A stretch of 27,738 nt of DNA from a virus (lineage: Duplodnaviria; Caudoviricetes), in IMG/VR virus record IMGVR_UViG_3300045999_005382, positions 1 through 27,738 of that record, one strand, 5' to 3'. A model generated the notes under the pieces. That model made no database searches, was not told the origin of the DNA, and saw only the letters and a list, made by a program, of their open reading frames with translations. The position numbers and the translations under genes are program-made. This document shows, piece after piece, positions 24,977-27,738 of this stretch. Every line of letters starts with the position of its first letter. The first letter of the stretch is position 1.

Positions 24977-25371
24977 CCCAGTTCCTCCCTAAGTCGTTCG
25001 ATCGCCTGTGTGTAAATCTGCCCAACCCGCTGTCGAGAAATCCCAAGCTGATCGGCCACCTGTTTCACGGTGTACCCATGCTGCACCCGCAGTTGGACGA
25101 TCAGCCAGGATCTCTCATCAAGCACCTCTGCCGCTGTCAGTTCCGCTACTGACTGCCCCATCTCAACCGCCTCACGTTCAACCGATGGCCCTTGGTGGGC
25201 TCTTTCCGACTGCCCAAGCTCGCGCATGACGCGGAGCCGGGCAAACTTTCTAGGCTGACCAGACGCAAGCTGATAGGCCAGCATCTGGTAGACCTCATCT
25301 TTGGGCGTTCGGAAGCGAGACGCTAACCAGCCTGCGGTAGTATCCAGCCACTTGAGCGTCTCATCTTCCAT
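24973..25371 (-). CDS. Sigma-70 region 4-type HTH protein (truncated sigma-like regulator)
   Basis: GGAGG RBS. LDERSWLIVQLRVQHGYTVKQVADQLGISRQRVGQIYTQAIERLR is a classic region 4 sequence. Confidence 0.85.
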   Translation of the reverse strand: MEDETLKWLDTTAGWLASRFRTPKDEVYQMLAYQLASGQPRKFARLRVMRELGQSERAHQGPSVEREAVEMGQSVAELTAAEVLDERSWLIVQLRVQHGYTVKQVADQLGISRQRVGQIYTQAIERLREELG

Positions 25372-25383
25372 GACTGCCTCCCA

Positions 25384-25929
25384 CTAGAATCCCTTGGGTG
25401 GTTGCACCTGACCAGGTCGCCACACCTGCGGACCCGATGGAGGAGCCGCTGGTCGCTGTTGTGGTGCTGCTGCGGGTGCCGTTGGCCTAGCCGCTGGCGC
25501 CTTCATTGCCGGGCTTTTTTGCGGTGGGGCTTGCGAGTCAACAGACCACCAGACTTTGATGTTGGTATACGTCTTGTTGTTCTTTCCGGTAGACGCCACC
25601 AGCCGAACGAAGCATTGACCACCCAAGAACTGCTGATCGTCGGTAGGTCGCATCAGCCCAATCGCGCGGCAAACGTTCTGGAGCGTTGCCATACCAATCT
25701 CAACCCGCGATTGGTCTGGATGGTACAGCGAATGATTGCTCCTCACCGTCCGCCCGTTAAATGGGCTTTGGTCGATGATGGTGTACTCCAGCTTGAGCGT
25801 GCTGGTGCCTTCCATCTGGTTATCATCGCGTTCGGCGCTCGTGATTTCTACAAAGTAGTCTCCATCGGGGATCGGTGTATAGCTCCGCTCCTCTGGCACT
25901 TCATCCCAATTAATTCCCAGCTCAGCCAT
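25384..25929 (-). CDS. DUF669 family single-stranded DNA-binding protein
   Basis: GGAGG RBS. Motifs PIPDGDY, LKLEYTI, GRTV, LQNVCRAIG and YTNIK, with a Pro/Ala-rich tail ending in F. Confidence 0.85.
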   Translation of the reverse strand: MAELGINWDEVPEERSYTPIPDGDYFVEITSAERDDNQMEGTSTLKLEYTIIDQSPFNGRTVRSNHSLYHPDQSRVEIGMATLQNVCRAIGLMRPTDDQQFLGGQCFVRLVASTGKNNKTYTNIKVWWSVDSQAPPQKSPAMKAPAARPTAPAAAPQQRPAAPPSGPQVWRPGQVQPPKGF

Positions 25930-26674
25930 TCTTAGTCACCTCCTGATGTTGTGGTAGATACTTCGCGTACTCGCTATAGCTCAAGGGAATCTCTTCTGGG
26001 ATCCCCTTCAGCCTGTTGCCCGCCATTGCTGACGGCTTCGGAGTGGTCCTCAGGATCCGCCCGCCTGCGCGAACAGCCTTTGCGACCTCTCGCCCCATCT
26101 TCCCCTCTTCCTTCTTGACCGCGACTTTCTCGCATGCGAAAAAGATTTCATCGCACCATTCCCGCAAGTGTTTGACCACCAAGTTGGCAAGCTTAGGTTG
26201 CCAGCGATCGTAGCTTGCGGTGTCTGGATCCTCGAACCGCACCGGCTCAGCGTGGGCGATCAGAAACACGCCCATTCCACGCTCCGCAATCAGTGCGTCT
26301 AGCTCCCTGGTTAGCCGATTGAACCAACCTTGAGCCATCGTGTAGCCTCGCCCGTGCCCCATATCGATTAGGCTGGAGACGCTAGCCTCCTGGCAGATGC
26401 GTTCATGAACTAGCTTCTCGAGCCAGTCCACCGAATCGATTGCGAGGTTTTGAAACTGGTGCTCACCGGTTCGCAATTGGCCGATCTGGTCGAACACCTG
26501 CTCAGGATCGGTGCAGAGACCAAAGGTGACAGCATCGATGTTCGCCAGCCCGTCTTCGGTCTGGATGAAGACAACACCGGGAGCCTCGCTGCAAAACGTT
26601 GACTTACCGATTTTGCCGACGCCGTAAAGGAATGTTCGGCGCGGCTTGATGACGCGGGTTGCGTAGAGTTCCAT
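25922..26674 (-). CDS. AAA_24 ATPase, Sak4-like recombinase
   Basis: Start MELYATR at the TAATG overlap (26674). Motifs YGVGKIGKST, IQTEDG, AIDSVDWLE, GRGY, LIAH, EWCD and AGNR. Confidence 0.88.
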   Translation of the reverse strand: MELYATRVIKPRRTFLYGVGKIGKSTFCSEAPGVVFIQTEDGLANIDAVTFGLCTDPEQVFDQIGQLRTGEHQFQNLAIDSVDWLEKLVHERICQEASVSSLIDMGHGRGYTMAQGWFNRLTRELDALIAERGMGVFLIAHAEPVRFEDPDTASYDRWQPKLANLVVKHLREWCDEIFFACEKVAVKKEEGKMGREVAKAVRAGGRILRTTPKPSAMAGNRLKGIPEEIPLSYSEYAKYLPQHQEVTKNG

Positions 26675-27303
26675 TACTTGGGCTCCTCGATCTTGATGCG
26701 GGCGAATGTCCAGTTGATTGAATCCAATGCGTCTTCTCGATCGCGGCAAACAAACCTTTCAAAAATGCTTTCGTCTCGAATCACAGCAAGAAGTTCAAAA
26801 TTCTCCCATCTATGGTCCTGCGAATCACGCACTTCAACCATCCTTCCAACGTCCGCCTGAGTCGGCTCACGGTACTTCGGAGCGGGTGGCGTGGTGGGGG
26901 TGATGACGGGGTGAAAGTTATCTAAAAAATCAGCCCGCGACACGTTTGTCGTTAGCCCTAAGGCAAAATATCTTTGACCGCGATTCGGCTTCTTCCACAC
27001 CAACGCATTGCCCTCGCCAATCGCCTCTCGCATCGCATCCGGCACCGCAATCTCGATCACGCTGTAGCCTTGCGGAACCCATGATCGAATCGGCTCAACC
27101 GGATCGACTTTCTCAAGCCAGTCTGGATGAAACTGGTAATTTCCAGCTCCCACCAACTTAAAGTTGCCATAATCCGTAACCAACTCCCTAATTCGATGCA
27201 ACGATCCATCAAAACGATCCATTCCTTCCGTCCACCATGGTTTTTGCATCACGTCCGCAGGCTTCCGCACTCGCACCCGATCGCCAACCTTAAACTTACT
27301 CAT
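26674..27303 (-). CDS. Hypothetical modular protein with an N-terminal KOW/SH3-like domain
   Basis: GGAGG RBS and TGATG coupling at 27303. N-terminal MSKFKVGDRVRV. C-terminal module YREPTQADVGRMVEVRD. Confidence 0.7.
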   Translation of the reverse strand: MSKFKVGDRVRVRKPADVMQKPWWTEGMDRFDGSLHRIRELVTDYGNFKLVGAGNYQFHPDWLEKVDPVEPIRSWVPQGYSVIEIAVPDAMREAIGEGNALVWKKPNRGQRYFALGLTTNVSRADFLDNFHPVITPTTPPAPKYREPTQADVGRMVEVRDSQDHRWENFELLAVIRDESIFERFVCRDREDALDSINWTFARIKIEEPK

Positions 27304-27737
27304 CAAATCACCTCCACTTTCTGCCCATAAACTAAAGAAATCGGCCACTCAAACTCATCTTCACGCAGTCGCAACTGCTTGTATTGGTCCAGTGCCTGAA
27401 TCACTTCCTCCCGTGCTGCCAGTAGGGTTGAATCCATCACCCGGTAAAGCTGCGACCGGAACGGCATCTCCTTTTCGATTGCGAGGACATAGACTGACCA
27501 CTCATGGCCAGTGCCCAACGCCCGAACCATCTCACGATAGAAAGCCAACTGTCTAGCATAGCCGAACTTGCCGAAGCGATAGACGAAGGTGTCAAGCTCG
27601 GCATCGGTTTTAACGTCGACAAAGTAGCCTTCTGTGGCGTTGAAAAAGTCTAGCCGACTCTGGCAATCAACACCAAAGATGTCGCCTCGGATGGTTGCCT
27701 CCGGAACGCCTCTCTCGAATGCTTGAATGCCCGCAGT
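27303..27737 (-). CDS. PD-(D/E)XK exonuclease, RecE/exonuclease VIII (DUF3799)-like, 5' partial
   Basis: The frame is open to the window edge. My translation reads ...PEATIRGDIFGVDCQSRLDFF...VDVKT...GYARQLAFY...LAIEKEMPF. Confidence 0.85.
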   Translation of the reverse strand, partial: TAGIQAFERGVPEATIRGDIFGVDCQSRLDFFNATEGYFVDVKTDAELDTFVYRFGKFGYARQLAFYREMVRALGTGHEWSVYVLAIEKEMPFRSQLYRVMDSTLLAAREEVIQALDQYKQLRLREDEFEWPISLVYGQKVEVI

Positions 27738-27738
27738 C

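Larger units (their letters stand above)
1..27738. mobile_element. Segment of a tailed dsDNA phage or prophage (siphovirus-like), possibly infecting Planctomycetota
   Basis: Terminase, portal, protease, capsid, neck, tail tube, chaperone and tape measure genes are in canonical order on +. A convergent replication module lies on -. No sheath gene is seen. No att sites or host flanks are visible. The host assignment is inference. Confidence 0.95.

Noticed and set aside
130-27622. Numerous short alternative-frame and antisense ORFs in the ORF track
   Set aside because: They lie within well-supported genes, lack RBS or coupling and recognisable motifs, and are expected at this GC content.
1-27738. 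Stop-codon reassignment, CRISPR array, tRNA genes, integrase/att sites
   Set aside because: Core genes are intact in the standard code and use TAA, TAG and TGA as stops. No spaced repeats, cloverleaf-sized gaps or recombinase gene were seen.

Overview
The window is a dense, almost gapless segment of a tailed dsDNA phage or prophage, siphovirus-like, with no visible host genes, integrase, tRNA, rRNA or CRISPR array. The + strand (1-20347) carries, in order: a papain-like cysteine peptidase and a small holin-like membrane protein; Thr/Gly-rich virion accessory proteins placed unusually upstream of the terminase; a large terminase; a Zn-ribbon protein; a lambda-like gpW/portal; a prohead protease/scaffold; the major capsid protein; neck genes; tail tube; a G/GT chaperone pair with -1 slippery sites; a short tape measure; an unrecognised and strongly Cys-rich tail-tip region; and a small accessory cluster (Rmf-like protein, metallophosphoesterase, DUF5664-type dATP/dGTP diphosphohydrolase). 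The - strand (20220-27738) is a convergent replication/recombination module: primase-polymerase-helicase, RadD-like SF2 helicase, sigma-70 region 4 HTH protein, DUF669 SSB, Sak4-like AAA ATPase and a RecE-like PD-(D/E)XK nuclease cut by the window edge. The gene set resembles phages of Planctomycetota, but that is my inference, not a database result. The best candidates for something undescribed are a possible protease-based lysis or maturation cassette, the Cys-rich tail-tip module, the dual slippery sites and strong CGATCG enrichment. All product calls come from reading motifs by eye.
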